Shown in pieces: positions 40,225-50,109 of a stretch of 64,000 nt of DNA; positions within the stretch are counted from its first letter, which is position 1, and each line of letters starts with the position of its first letter. A program made the translations under genes and the position numbers. The stretch is taken from the sequence record MW749001.1, one strand, 5' to 3'. The notes beneath the pieces are model-generated. The model searched no databases. It was not told the origin of the DNA and saw only the letters and a program-made list of their open reading frames with translations. This stretch comes from Escherichia phage vB_EcoM_Kelasse.

Positions 40225-40614
40225 TTAATCCAAAATATTATTAGGCATTGGTTGAACACTCACAAGTTCTTTAAAGAACTCAGTAGAGTCAGGCAATTTA
40301 ACCATTTCCGGAGCATGCTTACTGAATTTATGTTTACATTGACGGCATTTATATTCAAGCTCTGGTTTACGCCAGTTAATCAATTGAACTTGTTCAGTAC
40401 CGCATTCAGGGCAATTAGGAACGTTTTTAGAAGCTCTTTCACGTCGTTCAACCATAGCCATAATAGCATCCCATGCTGGAGGTTTAAAATCTAAATCGTC
40501 GCAGCCGTGAATCTTTCCACGCATTTCCATATCATCTTCCTCACCAGCCATAATAATTTTAATTAAACTGGAATTACTTGAAGCTGCAATGTCTTCTAAT
40601 AAACGCTTTTTCAT
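40225..40614 (-). CDS. zinc-ribbon protein (129 aa)
   Basis: CPECG...CRQCKHKF four-cysteine motif. Confidence 0.5.
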   Translation of the reverse strand: MKKRLLEDIAASSNSSLIKIIMAGEEDDMEMRGKIHGCDDLDFKPPAWDAIMAMVERRERASKNVPNCPECGTEQVQLINWRKPELEYKCRQCKHKFSKHAPEMVKLPDSTEFFKELVSVQPMPNNILD

Positions 40615-41540
40615 TTCAATACCTCAATAGCATTACGTAAACCATTTGCTTTTGCATTAAGAGCTTTTAACAATTTGGTGTGTTCTGCAATTTGGGCTTC
40701 AACTTCAATCAAACGGGCATTGAGATATTCACGTTCTTCACTCAGATTATCAACCTTTTCTACTTTAGGCTCTTTTACAACTGTCTTATATGTATTAGGG
40801 TTCTTCAGTTTAATTAGAATGCGTGAACTGTATAACATTGAACCATTATCTTCGGTTTCGTCATACATTTCCACTACGTCCATAATTTTTAACATCATGC
40901 GGAGTTTATAAGACAACGAACGAATAGTTTTGTTGTGCTTATTAATTTCTTTAGCTGTCATGGTGCCAAGATTACGTGAGTAATAATAAGGAACCTGGAT
41001 ATTAATTAATACTGATGAACCACCTGGCTTGTGTGTTACTTCATCAGCAATAACCCAGTCCTTAACATGAACTGTATTTGTACGGTCATCGCCCGCGGTA
41101 AATAGTTTGCGAGCATGCTTAAAAAGCATATTCACTTGGTCATTGAATTGACAAGCAAATTTATCAGCAAATTTAGTTTCAGGAATGGTAGAAAACCAAT
41201 CAGCCAAATGAGTCTTTTTAACATCATTAACAATAGTAAATTCAACCAAATCGGTTATAGATGTCTCAGATTTAATGAAGCTCGGCTTCATAAAGTTTTT
41301 AATGTTCTCATGAGCTACAGTAGAAGATAACATACGAGAACGTTTAAACCATTCAAGCAAATTGCCTAACGAATGAGAATAAGCGTTTTGAGTATCTTTA
41401 CAGATATGATTTTCCTGACCAACATATTGAAGGAAATCACGAAGAATATTATTGATTACTGCTCTGTGCCCGATCTGATAATTACGGTGTTTAGTAATAA
41501 GACTGTCAAAATAATCAATATAATGTTTACGAGTTTTCAT
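40611..41540 (-). CDS. hypothetical protein with C-terminal coiled coil (309 aa)
   Basis: N-terminus MKTRKHYIDYFDSLI resembles next gene; C-terminal heptad-rich 45 aa. Confidence 0.55.
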   Translation of the reverse strand: MKTRKHYIDYFDSLITKHRNYQIGHRAVINNILRDFLQYVGQENHICKDTQNAYSHSLGNLLEWFKRSRMLSSTVAHENIKNFMKPSFIKSETSITDLVEFTIVNDVKKTHLADWFSTIPETKFADKFACQFNDQVNMLFKHARKLFTAGDDRTNTVHVKDWVIADEVTHKPGGSSVLINIQVPYYYSRNLGTMTAKEINKHNKTIRSLSYKLRMMLKIMDVVEMYDETEDNGSMLYSSRILIKLKNPNTYKTVVKEPKVEKVDNLSEEREYLNARLIEVEAQIAEHTKLLKALNAKANGLRNAIEVLK

Positions 41541-41592
41541 ATTCTTCTCACTTGGTTAATGGTTTATACTCCGAGCCATCCTTGGCTTTAAA

Positions 41593-42645
41593 TTACTTAA
41601 TTAACTGTAAAGCTTGTTCAAGACGATCAAGACGATTAACGGATTCTTCCCAAATCTTTTTAGCCTGCTCATATTCTTTCTGCGCTTTATTAGAAATTTC
41701 TAGAACTTCTTTATAAGCTTTTTCTAATGCAATAACTTCTGGACGAATTTCTACCGGTTCAGGTGAATCATCAAGACATTCCATTAGTTCCTCAAGGGTA
41801 GTTTCTTCTTTAGGAGTATTCACAATTTCATCACATTTTTGTTGGTAAATTTCTTTACTAGTAGGTGAATAAGCACATTTCACTTCACGAAGACTAATTA
41901 CAATTTTATATCCTTCCCATCCGCATATATTCTTAAAAGGATATGTATGAATATTTTCTACTGTTTCCATACAAAGTAATGCAGTCTCTAACTGACGAGT
42001 TATAGTGCTAGCAATTGAGAAAAATTTATTAATGTTCTTTTGGTTAGTTTCTGGTGTAAAAAATCCATAATTCACAAAAATAGCTACTTTATTTTTATCA
42101 AGCTCATATTCTTTTATGATAATCATATCAGAAGCCAAAGGATGAATTTGACGATAATCGCCATAGCATAATTTAGAAGCTGATTTTAAAATTTGCTTTT
42201 TGAAAAGTCTGAAATTACTAATCCAACGACGAGTAAAAATATTCTCAGGGTCTTCTTTATTATTAAGATGATAAGAATTAACATCACCGAACCAATTATA
42301 TCCTACTACATCTTTAGTTCGTTTAATTTCTTTCCCAAAATTACCAAGAATATCCCGATTAACCAAATATGAAAGAAGACGAGACTCTTTAAAGGTTTTC
42401 TTGATAACATCTTTATCTACACGGCTAGAAATTTTACGAATTTCATGAATAAATTTAGTAGAAGAAACAATACTTGCATCAACACTATTGAGCCATTGAT
42501 TGATAATAGAAAGAACGATATTTTGACCAAACATCGGTATAGCTTTATCATCAATAACGCTATTGAATGATTTGATATATTCGTTACGAGTCATATTAAT
42601 CTCCTCAGTAGAAAGTAAGAACATTATACCACATCCTTGTGGCAA
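41593..42645 (-). CDS. hypothetical protein with C-terminal coiled coil (true start probably near 42594)
   Basis: Early promoter -10 lies inside track N-terminus; GAGGAG Shine-Dalgarno before internal MTRNEYIKSF. Confidence 0.55.
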   Translation of the reverse strand: MPQGCGIMFLLSTEEINMTRNEYIKSFNSVIDDKAIPMFGQNIVLSIINQWLNSVDASIVSSTKFIHEIRKISSRVDKDVIKKTFKESRLLSYLVNRDILGNFGKEIKRTKDVVGYNWFGDVNSYHLNNKEDPENIFTRRWISNFRLFKKQILKSASKLCYGDYRQIHPLASDMIIIKEYELDKNKVAIFVNYGFFTPETNQKNINKFFSIASTITRQLETALLCMETVENIHTYPFKNICGWEGYKIVISLREVKCAYSPTSKEIYQQKCDEIVNTPKEETTLEELMECLDDSPEPVEIRPEVIALEKAYKEVLEISNKAQKEYEQAKKIWEESVNRLDRLEQALQLIK

Positions 42646-42652
42646 AGTAAAC
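42624..42652 (-). promoter_or_regulatory. T4 early-type promoter
   Basis: Minus strand GTTTAC, 17 nt, TGGTATAAT. Confidence 0.55.
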
Positions 42653-43536
42653 TAGTTCAGTGCATTTAGTGCATTGTTCAGTTTAGAACGTTGCTTCGTG
42701 AGATTTTTGACTTTTTCTTGTGCTTTTTCTAGCATCTTTTCAGCTTCTAACACTTCATTGGTCGCTTTAACGAGTTCATCATCTACTGCCTTAAGGGACT
42801 TCTCAATCGCATCCGCGTGCCATTTTTCAACAGGTTTAAGACTCGGATTTTCAATAGGAAGAAAATTCACTTTATTGAATTTCCATGCATCTTTATTACC
42901 TGAACTATACATCCAAAATTTAGGATCATTTGACGAGTAATTAGATAAATTTAAGTTATCTTGCACTTCCTGCTTTTTCTCTTGCGGGACTTCGTCCTTT
43001 CTCAAAAAATCGTATTTAAATGAAACGATCATATCAAGTTCATATGTTGTCGTATCTAATTTAAATCGTTCGAAATGCTGCGAAATCTTAGATTGAACAG
43101 CAGCAACAACATCCATATACTTAAATGCTTCTGTCAGCTGTGATTTAAGACATTCACAAATTGAAAGAGAATTTTTTGTATTAGGTTTAAAGCTAATTCG
43201 TGCAGTTCTATTATTTTCTTTTAATGGTCTTACTTCCATCTGAAGAGTATAACCATCAAATTTCAGGTTCTTTAAGTTAATATCAGAACCTTTTAATCGA
43301 CTAGCCGTCGACAAAATTTGCTTTAATTGTTTACGGAATAGAGCAATAAATCTCCATTCAATACGATAATGATTTGGATTGAAAAATCCAGATGATAAAT
43401 CGACCTTACTCTGACCAACACCTTGAACAAATAGAGGATTTTTATAATCAATAGTTTTACAGAAATCGGTGAGCTGCTCACGAGCAGTCCATTTGAGTAA
43501 TATACCCTGCTTCATTAAAATGACGTAACCATTCAC
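42652..43536 (-). CDS. hypothetical protein with C-terminal coiled coil (294 aa)
   Basis: ORF track; 5' end overlaps 43478..43672 in another frame. Confidence 0.5.
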   Translation of the reverse strand: MNGYVILMKQGILLKWTAREQLTDFCKTIDYKNPLFVQGVGQSKVDLSSGFFNPNHYRIEWRFIALFRKQLKQILSTASRLKGSDINLKNLKFDGYTLQMEVRPLKENNRTARISFKPNTKNSLSICECLKSQLTEAFKYMDVVAAVQSKISQHFERFKLDTTTYELDMIVSFKYDFLRKDEVPQEKKQEVQDNLNLSNYSSNDPKFWMYSSGNKDAWKFNKVNFLPIENPSLKPVEKWHADAIEKSLKAVDDELVKATNEVLEAEKMLEKAQEKVKNLTKQRSKLNNALNALN

Positions 43537-43672
43537 TGCTATTCATATATTTAAAGTGAATATCACGATTAACTTTATCAGGGTCTAAATTATTTTGACA
43601 CAAAAATGTCATAACATCACGAGTATAGCTGGCATTACGAACCATATCTTCAATTTGAGAACGAGTTTTCAT
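43478..43672 (-). CDS. short ORF (64 aa), possible N-terminal fragment of the downstream gene
   Basis: Begins MKTRSQIEDMV like neighbouring paralogs; overlaps 42652..43536 by 59 nt. Confidence 0.4.
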   Translation of the reverse strand: MKTRSQIEDMVRNASYTRDVMTFLCQNNLDPDKVNRDIHFKYMNSSEWLRHFNEAGYITQMDCS

Positions 43673-43680
43673 GGTGTTCC

Positions 43681-44589
43681 TTAAGATTTAAGTAAATCGA
43701 CAATTTTAATTAACTTTTCACGCTCAGATTTAGCTTTACTACTCAATCCAGATAGTCTGAAAATTTCATCGTCATAATGTTGAATAGAAATATTCAGCTC
43801 TTCAATTTGCTTATTAAAATAATCAATTTGTTCAGAATGTTTTTCGTTACTACGAACTGGTACAGGTTTTGTAGGCAATTTAGTTAAACTGGATTCATCC
43901 GGGCGATAAATTAAAATGCAATTTGAACCAATCGGGCATTTAGCACCAGATGAATATTCTAACGTTCCAGCTTCTTTTAAAACTTCAAAAGCTAAACAGA
44001 GATGATGCCCCATATTAACATAATCTGTAGAGCGAGCTCTGACGTAATAATCATCGCCGCGAATACTAAATTTAAAGCATTTAAGGTCTTCTGTATTATT
44101 GGTCTTAAAAATCATTTGTTTATCTAGACCTTTAGCTAATCGAGCGCCTAATGCTAATAATCGTCGTTGATTTTCCCACAAATCTGCGATCATTTGGTCA
44201 AATGATAATTTCGGCATTAGTCGACCGTAAAGATCATAGCCTTTATTATAATTGCGAAGAATTTCACTTGCATTAATACGAGACAATGCTCCAATTTTAT
44301 TAAGGGCTTTCATAATGCGATTAGATAAACCCATTCCAGACCCGTTTGTTCGCTGTAAATGTTTTTCTAATCCAAATCCAATATCAACTTTAAACTTATC
44401 TAAAATTTCTGCATGAACATCTCTGTCAATAACATTCAAATCCAAAGTTGGGTTAAATCTATGAAAAAATTTATCTGGCTCTCCACGACGAAGTACAGTC
44501 CATTCATTCAATTTTTTATTAACTAAAGATTTAATTACTGCATTGACATTATTAATTACTACTGACATATTTTCCTCACTCAATTTCAA
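43681..44589 (-). CDS. hypothetical protein with C-terminal coiled coil (302 aa)
   Basis: ORF track; C-terminal heptad-rich region. Confidence 0.55.
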   Translation of the reverse strand: MKLSEENMSVVINNVNAVIKSLVNKKLNEWTVLRRGEPDKFFHRFNPTLDLNVIDRDVHAEILDKFKVDIGFGLEKHLQRTNGSGMGLSNRIMKALNKIGALSRINASEILRNYNKGYDLYGRLMPKLSFDQMIADLWENQRRLLALGARLAKGLDKQMIFKTNNTEDLKCFKFSIRGDDYYVRARSTDYVNMGHHLCLAFEVLKEAGTLEYSSGAKCPIGSNCILIYRPDESSLTKLPTKPVPVRSNEKHSEQIDYFNKQIEELNISIQHYDDEIFRLSGLSSKAKSEREKLIKIVDLLKS

Positions 44590-44983
44590 TTTTACTAAAT
44601 ATACAGAATATGATGGAAAAGACTATATAAGCACCGCATACAGATTGAACTAATACCATTCCAAAGAACCAAACAATATTATCAAACAATGTCTGTTTTA
44701 CGTCGAAAGGACGTAAACTTACAGTAATATTATCGCCTTTTTCTATTGATGAATACATCTCTGGGGAAATATATTCGCTAAATCTATAACCGTCTTTGAG
44801 TTCATATACGGCAATAAACGATAAACTAGACCCCTTTCCTTGAGTTCCTGTAAGGGTATTAACTACAGTAACATCATAATCTTTATAATGCATATAATCA
44901 TTAATTGCGTAATAACCATATGCAATTACTATACATAAACAACATATCAATAAATTCAATCTTTTAATTATCAACTGTTTCAT
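44576..44983 (-). CDS. membrane protein (135 aa)
   Basis: N- and C-terminal hydrophobic segments. Confidence 0.55.
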   Translation of the reverse strand: MKQLIIKRLNLLICCLCIVIAYGYYAINDYMHYKDYDVTVVNTLTGTQGKGSSLSFIAVYELKDGYRFSEYISPEMYSSIEKGDNITVSLRPFDVKQTLFDNIVWFFGMVLVQSVCGAYIVFSIIFCIFSKIEIE

Positions 44984-45038
44984 AATAATCTCAATTAAAA
45001 GGGCTTAGAACCATTATACCATCCTTGGTATAAAGCGG

Positions 45039-45626
45039 TTATGCGAGTACCGTCTTTAACCGTTCTTCAAACTTCCGAAGAGTATTCTGGCGTTCAGCTC
45101 TTTGCTTTTTGTAAGTTTCAATACGCTCTGAAATGAGAGTGTATCGTTCATTTACTGATTCTTTCATAAAATCAGGAATTTCACGAGAAGCTTTAATCTC
45201 GTCAAATTTATCAATAACAGCTTGCTCTTCAGCAATTAAGTTATCATACATCAAAATATCTTTCTTGATGAACTCAATATCTTCTTGAGTTACACGAGAT
45301 AATTTAGATGCTTTATCCTTTTTGTACTGTTCGTTAGTATCACGAGACCAGTGTAATGTACGATTTTTATTCGTATTTTTGTAAATTTCTACAATACCAA
45401 TCTCATCGATAATAACGATCCAATTCCAACGAGATTTGTAAATTTGTCCTCCATCAACCGTGATTTCACCTCCAATTGAGATGTCATTAAAGAACTTGCT
45501 TTGAGCTTCAGATTTAAATTTACCATCATTGTAGTTTACCAAGTTGAAAATATCTTTAGCATTCATTTTCTGTTCCTCCGTAGTTGATAGTTGTATAGTA
45601 CCACAGAGGAACGGTCTTGTAAACAA
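45039..45626 (-). CDS. hypothetical protein (true start probably near 45566, about 175 aa)
   Basis: Early promoter inside track N-terminus; GGAGGAA Shine-Dalgarno before internal MNAKDIF. Confidence 0.55.
   Translation of the reverse strand: MFTRPFLCGTIQLSTTEEQKMNAKDIFNLVNYNDGKFKSEAQSKFFNDISIGGEITVDGGQIYKSRWNWIVIIDEIGIVEIYKNTNKNRTLHWSRDTNEQYKKDKASKLSRVTQEDIEFIKKDILMYDNLIAEEQAVIDKFDEIKASREIPDFMKESVNERYTLISERIETYKKQRAERQNTLRKFEERLKTVLA
45595..45624 (-). promoter_or_regulatory. T4 early-type promoter
   Basis: Minus strand GTTTAC, 18 nt, TGGTACTAT. Confidence 0.5.
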
Positions 45627-45941
45627 CTAAAAGAAACTTCTTTCACAATTTTTTCCACTGAACCACGCGCTCACTGCTTTCTTAGTCTCAGGAGCAGTGT
45701 TATCCATAAACCATTCAAAGGCAGCCTTTTTATGATTCTGGAGGGCTTCTCGGGCTTTAATCTGCTCACGGTCTATTAACACTAACATATGAGCCTTTCT
45801 TGTCACCAAGGGCTTCTTATGATTTTTTGAATACTCCCAATCATTTGTCCATCGCATCGTTGTTGCGAACTGAAATACTGCTTCTTTAATTTTAGTTTCA
45901 TAAATTTCACGAGCCTTTGAGTATAACATCATTACCTCCAT
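45627..45941 (-). CDS. hypothetical protein (104 aa)
   Basis: ORF track. Confidence 0.5.
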   Translation of the reverse strand: MEVMMLYSKAREIYETKIKEAVFQFATTMRWTNDWEYSKNHKKPLVTRKAHMLVLIDREQIKAREALQNHKKAAFEWFMDNTAPETKKAVSAWFSGKNCERSFF

Positions 45942-46030
45942 TTACCAGTTTAATTCTAGTCATCTTTTTGATGGCAGTCCATATAATCTATTTCTGAACT
46001 GCCTTTTTGTCATAGAAGGCCTCTTATGAA

Positions 46031-46999
46031 TTATTTCAGAAGAGTAACCTCAGCGATTTCTTCCCAACCGTTTTTGTCGGTCATAATAAAGTCAGCAAGA
46101 TAAAGCGCAGTACGCAGTGAAACATTGCGTAAACGATTAACATTGACTTTCATCCATGATAATGCTTTATAAGTTTCTTCATCAGAAAGACCGCGCTTTT
46201 GCATCATGTCAGTTGAAAGAATAACATCTTCAACCCTAACCATAATTTCTTCATTAGTGTGAACACCCAAATCCAAATAAACTGAGCGGGACACTAATGC
46301 TTGTAAATGTGGAGCAAGTTTAGTACCACGATCTAATTCGCGGTCAATGTCAACGTTTGTGATAAAAACAATCGTTCCTTTAAATTCAAACTCACGCTCA
46401 ATGCCTTTTTCTTCTAAGTAAGAAGATGCGGTGCTCCAGCAGACTTTACGGGTCTCTCCGGTGTCCAGAGCAGCTTTCAGAAGATTAAGAATGTCCATAT
46501 CAGAGAAAACATCCACATCATCAATCAAAAGGACAGAATTCTCTTCACGATTATTCCAAAGCTGCTCATAAAGACCAATACCAGAGATTTTACCATTAAT
46601 GCTTTTATACTCAATGTATCCAATATCATTTGCTTTATTTAAAGCTTTATCTAAAGAATACGTTTTACCAATACCTGCTGCTCCCGAGATAATTAATGAA
46701 CGAATGTTTCCGTTAATAATACCATTCGTCATCATTCCCATAACATTAAATCTTTTATTAATGCGGGTTTTCATATCTTCATACGATTCTTTAACTTCTT
46801 CAACTTTTACACCATCATATGAAATGTCTGATTTGTAAACCCAAACACCGCGACGCTTACCGTCAATTTCAACAAAAACTTTACCATCTCCTTGTGCATC
46901 TACCGGAGCATTATCTGGGAACCATTCACCTAAGAGCTCAAAAGTTCCAGAGATTTCTTTGCCAAAGTAGATACCCTTATTGATAGTTACAGTTTTCAT
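46031..46999 (-). CDS. AAA+ ATPase with about 90-aa N-terminal domain
   Basis: Walker A GAAGIGKT, Walker B LLIDDVD, sensor-1-like FITN. Confidence 0.65.
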   Translation of the reverse strand: MKTVTINKGIYFGKEISGTFELLGEWFPDNAPVDAQGDGKVFVEIDGKRRGVWVYKSDISYDGVKVEEVKESYEDMKTRINKRFNVMGMMTNGIINGNIRSLIISGAAGIGKTYSLDKALNKANDIGYIEYKSINGKISGIGLYEQLWNNREENSVLLIDDVDVFSDMDILNLLKAALDTGETRKVCWSTASSYLEEKGIEREFEFKGTIVFITNVDIDRELDRGTKLAPHLQALVSRSVYLDLGVHTNEEIMVRVEDVILSTDMMQKRGLSDEETYKALSWMKVNVNRLRNVSLRTALYLADFIMTDKNGWEEIAEVTLLK

Positions 47000-47056
47000 T
47001 TTATTCTCCTTTGATTTGATAGGACTACTATAACATAATCCTATCAGTTTGTATAC

Positions 47057-47257
47057 TTATTTTGACATTTCTTCGATGTCACGACGATACCCGTCACGAA
47101 CTTCACGAAGAGCTTCAAGGCCACACATAGGCTCGATACCAGTAATGTGAACTTGATTAATCTGATACTCTACATCTTCTAACTGAGCGAAAACATAACG
47201 ACGTTCAGCTGCACAACCAGATTTAGCTTTACCGAAACGTTTATTCAAAGTAGTCAT
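47057..47257 (-). CDS. hypothetical protein (66 aa)
   Basis: ORF track. Confidence 0.45.
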   Translation of the reverse strand: MTTLNKRFGKAKSGCAAERRYVFAQLEDVEYQINQVHITGIEPMCGLEALREVRDGYRRDIEEMSK

Positions 47258-47344
47258 TTTGTATCTCCAATTTACTCATTTGTTTTGATAGTTGTATAGT
47301 ATACCATAAAGCTTTATGCTTGTAAACAACTTTGTGAAAAATTT

Positions 47345-47375
47345 TTGAAATAAAAAAGGGAGCCCGAAGGCCCCC
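47345..47375 (-). terminator. hairpin/terminator downstream of nucleotidyltransferase gene
   Basis: GGGGGCC-UUCG-GGCUCCC followed by U-tract. Confidence 0.55.
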
Positions 47376-47377
47376 TA

Positions 47378-48391
47378 TCATTTATAATAACTTCGGTGGT
47401 TTTCAAGATAAACCTGTTCGAGGAAATTATTCCAAAAGCTCATATCTACTGTTTTAGGCATACCATTCTTAGAAGCGTCAGTAGATGCTGCTTCTACTTG
47501 ATCGACCACATCTTCCAAAAACTCTTGAACTGTTTTAAATGGATGTTTACCCAACTTCACGTCGAGAATAAATGGAGCATCTTGGAGTGGATAAACCAAG
47601 TCACCAGTTTTGTAAATTTCCAATAGTTGAAGTCCACCACGACAAGCATGACTCAGAGCTTTCCAGTCAATACCTTCATTGGCTTCGGCCTTACGAGCAC
47701 GTTCACCATATTCAGCATCTAATTTGTTCAGTGACTGCTTAAGCTCAATAAGAGAAAGCGTTGTCTGATATTTACGACCCAATACAGTATAGAACGTTTG
47801 TGGACCTGTTTTCTCATGATTATGGAACACCCATTCACAGAATTCGTTTTCTGGAAGACGATGCTTAATATCTTCAACTTTAGTGCGACGCTGCTTAATA
47901 GAACCATCTTCTTGGTAATCAACCCATTGCTCGGGGATTTGATTAACTACTTTTAATACATCGCGTAATGCAGCCAAACGAGAACCCTTGACACCGTATT
48001 TAGAAGCTTGCTTGCGGACATATCCTAAATAGGATTTCATGTTAGTCGTATAAAAACGAGAACGGTTGTCTTGAATAAACTTCCACACGTCAGGCAAATC
48101 AGATTTAACCACTAGTTCAGGTGGAGTGTGAAGCATATCCAATGCTACAGTTTCACCATCTGCTGCTAATTTAAAGAAATATTTAAGACTGTATAGTTCA
48201 TGGTCAATATCATCTTTAGTGTTTTTAGATGATGTGTTGTTAGTGTTTTTACTCATGTGCTCTTTGACATTTCCGATAAGAATATCACGAGCAGGAGGAA
48301 CAAAAATTTCTTTAAAATCTACATCAGATTCTGGGGTAGAAGTTCCATAAAGATGACTACCAAAATAGCTTTTCATTACTGTTTTCATCAT
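47378..48391 (-). CDS. nucleotidyltransferase-fold protein (Pol-beta superfamily), 337 aa
   Basis: N-terminal FGSHLYGTSTPESDVDF matches the GS-x(9-13)-DxD nucleotidyltransferase signature; hairpin directly downstream. Confidence 0.6.
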   Translation of the reverse strand: MMKTVMKSYFGSHLYGTSTPESDVDFKEIFVPPARDILIGNVKEHMSKNTNNTSSKNTKDDIDHELYSLKYFFKLAADGETVALDMLHTPPELVVKSDLPDVWKFIQDNRSRFYTTNMKSYLGYVRKQASKYGVKGSRLAALRDVLKVVNQIPEQWVDYQEDGSIKQRRTKVEDIKHRLPENEFCEWVFHNHEKTGPQTFYTVLGRKYQTTLSLIELKQSLNKLDAEYGERARKAEANEGIDWKALSHACRGGLQLLEIYKTGDLVYPLQDAPFILDVKLGKHPFKTVQEFLEDVVDQVEAASTDASKNGMPKTVDMSFWNNFLEQVYLENHRSYYK

Positions 48392-48849
48392 TCAGCCTTA
48401 TATTCAATAACAGGACATACTTTAGCTTTACGAGCTTTTAAAAATTCAACGATAACCGATTTCTTGGGTTGAATAGGAGGTAAACCTTTATACGCCCTAT
48501 CAATATTTTCTACGTGTAAAGCATAATCCTTTTTCCATTTATAATCTTTATATTTTTCACGCAAATGTGCAGGAATAACAAATGAACCGATAATAAGTAA
48601 AACAACCAAAAGTGCAAGTATAAATGCCGATGGAAGAAGAGTCCATAAACTACCGAAAATAAGCCAACGTTGTAGGCTTTCTGCACAAATAATTGTTAGC
48701 CCTACGAGTATAGCACATCCAAAAATAGAAACGAAAAATGTAGGAATGGCAATAGACCAAAAATATGCGCATAGTGTCTTAGGTCGTTGCCATTCATCGT
48801 TAAACAATTTGAATAATTTATAGTGCCAAGAGTTTTCATTAATAATCAT
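48388..48849 (-). CDS. multi-pass membrane protein (153 aa)
   Basis: Three to four hydrophobic segments. Confidence 0.55.
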   Translation of the reverse strand: MIINENSWHYKLFKLFNDEWQRPKTLCAYFWSIAIPTFFVSIFGCAILVGLTIICAESLQRWLIFGSLWTLLPSAFILALLVVLLIIGSFVIPAHLREKYKDYKWKKDYALHVENIDRAYKGLPPIQPKKSVIVEFLKARKAKVCPVIEYKAE

Positions 48850-48851
48850 AA

Positions 48852-49373
48852 TTATCCTTTCATTGAAGGCGTAACAGTTGTTAAATACTTAATCATAGCT
48901 TCAGCTTCTGATTTTGATAATGAAATTTCTCCATTGTTTTGACGAATAGAAATAAAATCCGGATGACGGTCACCACCAGCTTTTAAAACACACATATAAG
49001 TATCAACTTCGCCTTCAATATTTGAAATGATTGAAGCAGTTCCACATGAATGCGGTTTTTGATAAATCAATACAGCTTTTCTTCCGCCATTTGACTGTTC
49101 ATAAACTTTTAATACATCAAACAAATCAGTTCTTTTATCAATAGCTAAAATGTTATTTTCATCTTCAATGTTAAATCCTTCGGATACTTCATAAAGTGTC
49201 ACCCATAAATCGCCAATATCAATAACAGCGTTCACTTTTCCATGACTTTCAAGAGCATGACAAATTTTCTTGATTTCGTCATAACTCATTTTAATAATAT
49301 CATCTCCTTGAATAAGAAAGATGTCATTTTTAAATTCAACACGAATTAAACCACTTCCACTTGAAATAAACAT
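48852..49373 (-). CDS. hypothetical protein, tandem paralog (173 aa)
   Basis: C-terminus SKSEAEAMIKYLTTVTPSM resembles neighbour. Confidence 0.55.
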   Translation of the reverse strand: MFISSGSGLIRVEFKNDIFLIQGDDIIKMSYDEIKKICHALESHGKVNAVIDIGDLWVTLYEVSEGFNIEDENNILAIDKRTDLFDVLKVYEQSNGGRKAVLIYQKPHSCGTASIISNIEGEVDTYMCVLKAGGDRHPDFISIRQNNGEISLSKSEAEAMIKYLTTVTPSMKG

Positions 49374-49379
49374 ATTTCC

Positions 49380-49934
49380 TCACTTTGAAATCATAGTTGG
49401 AATGACAGAATCAAGATAAGTCTTTAGTGCAATAGCTTCGTCTTTGGTAAATGTGACAATATGTGCTCGAGAATCATCAATTTGGCGAACAAGTACGACA
49501 TCGCCATCTTCATAAGAAGTCTTGACATCCAAAGTCGTAGTATAATTTGCAGCTACTGGATTAATAATGCTAGCACCGCGATCTTTAGCCCATTGAAGTT
49601 TAGCCTTTTCGGGTGTTTCGACTGTTTCAGATTCCAAGAATTCTTTCACCTTGGCAACGAATGTTGCCCAATTGTTGATAGAAAGACACATAAATTCAGT
49701 TTCAATATTACCGCCGTAAAGGCCACGATAAAAACGAACTTGGAGGTCGCCTGTAATATTAGTTACACCGGTAACTCCTGAGGGAGCATAAGATAAAATC
49801 GCAGCCAGTTCCATAGGAAGAATAGTAATACTATCGTCTTCCTGCGTCAGAACGTATACATTACCGCGTTTTTCGATAACTAGGTCACCGAACAAATCAG
49901 TTGTTTCAATTACAGCTTTCATATTATTTACCAA
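49380..49934 (-). CDS. hypothetical protein, tandem paralog (184 aa)
   Basis: C-terminus TKDEAIALKTYLDSVIPTM resembles neighbour. Confidence 0.55.
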   Translation of the reverse strand: MVNNMKAVIETTDLFGDLVIEKRGNVYVLTQEDDSITILPMELAAILSYAPSGVTGVTNITGDLQVRFYRGLYGGNIETEFMCLSINNWATFVAKVKEFLESETVETPEKAKLQWAKDRGASIINPVAANYTTTLDVKTSYEDGDVVLVRQIDDSRAHIVTFTKDEAIALKTYLDSVIPTMISK

Positions 49935-50109
49935 TTAAAGTTTCAATATAAGAATCAAGATTTACTTTAGCTTCTTCCATAAGAGTTTTGTATTTAATCT
50001 TGTTAGCATGTCCGGAGAAAGCTGATTCATCAATAATTGTTGATGTATGAACAGCTTTACTATACGTCTCAATTAATTCTCTTAATTTAAAAGCCTGCTC
50101 ACTTGTCAT
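49924..50109 (-). CDS. hypothetical protein (61 aa)
   Basis: ORF track. Confidence 0.45.
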   Translation of the reverse strand: MTSEQAFKLRELIETYSKAVHTSTIIDESAFSGHANKIKYKTLMEEAKVNLDSYIETLIGK

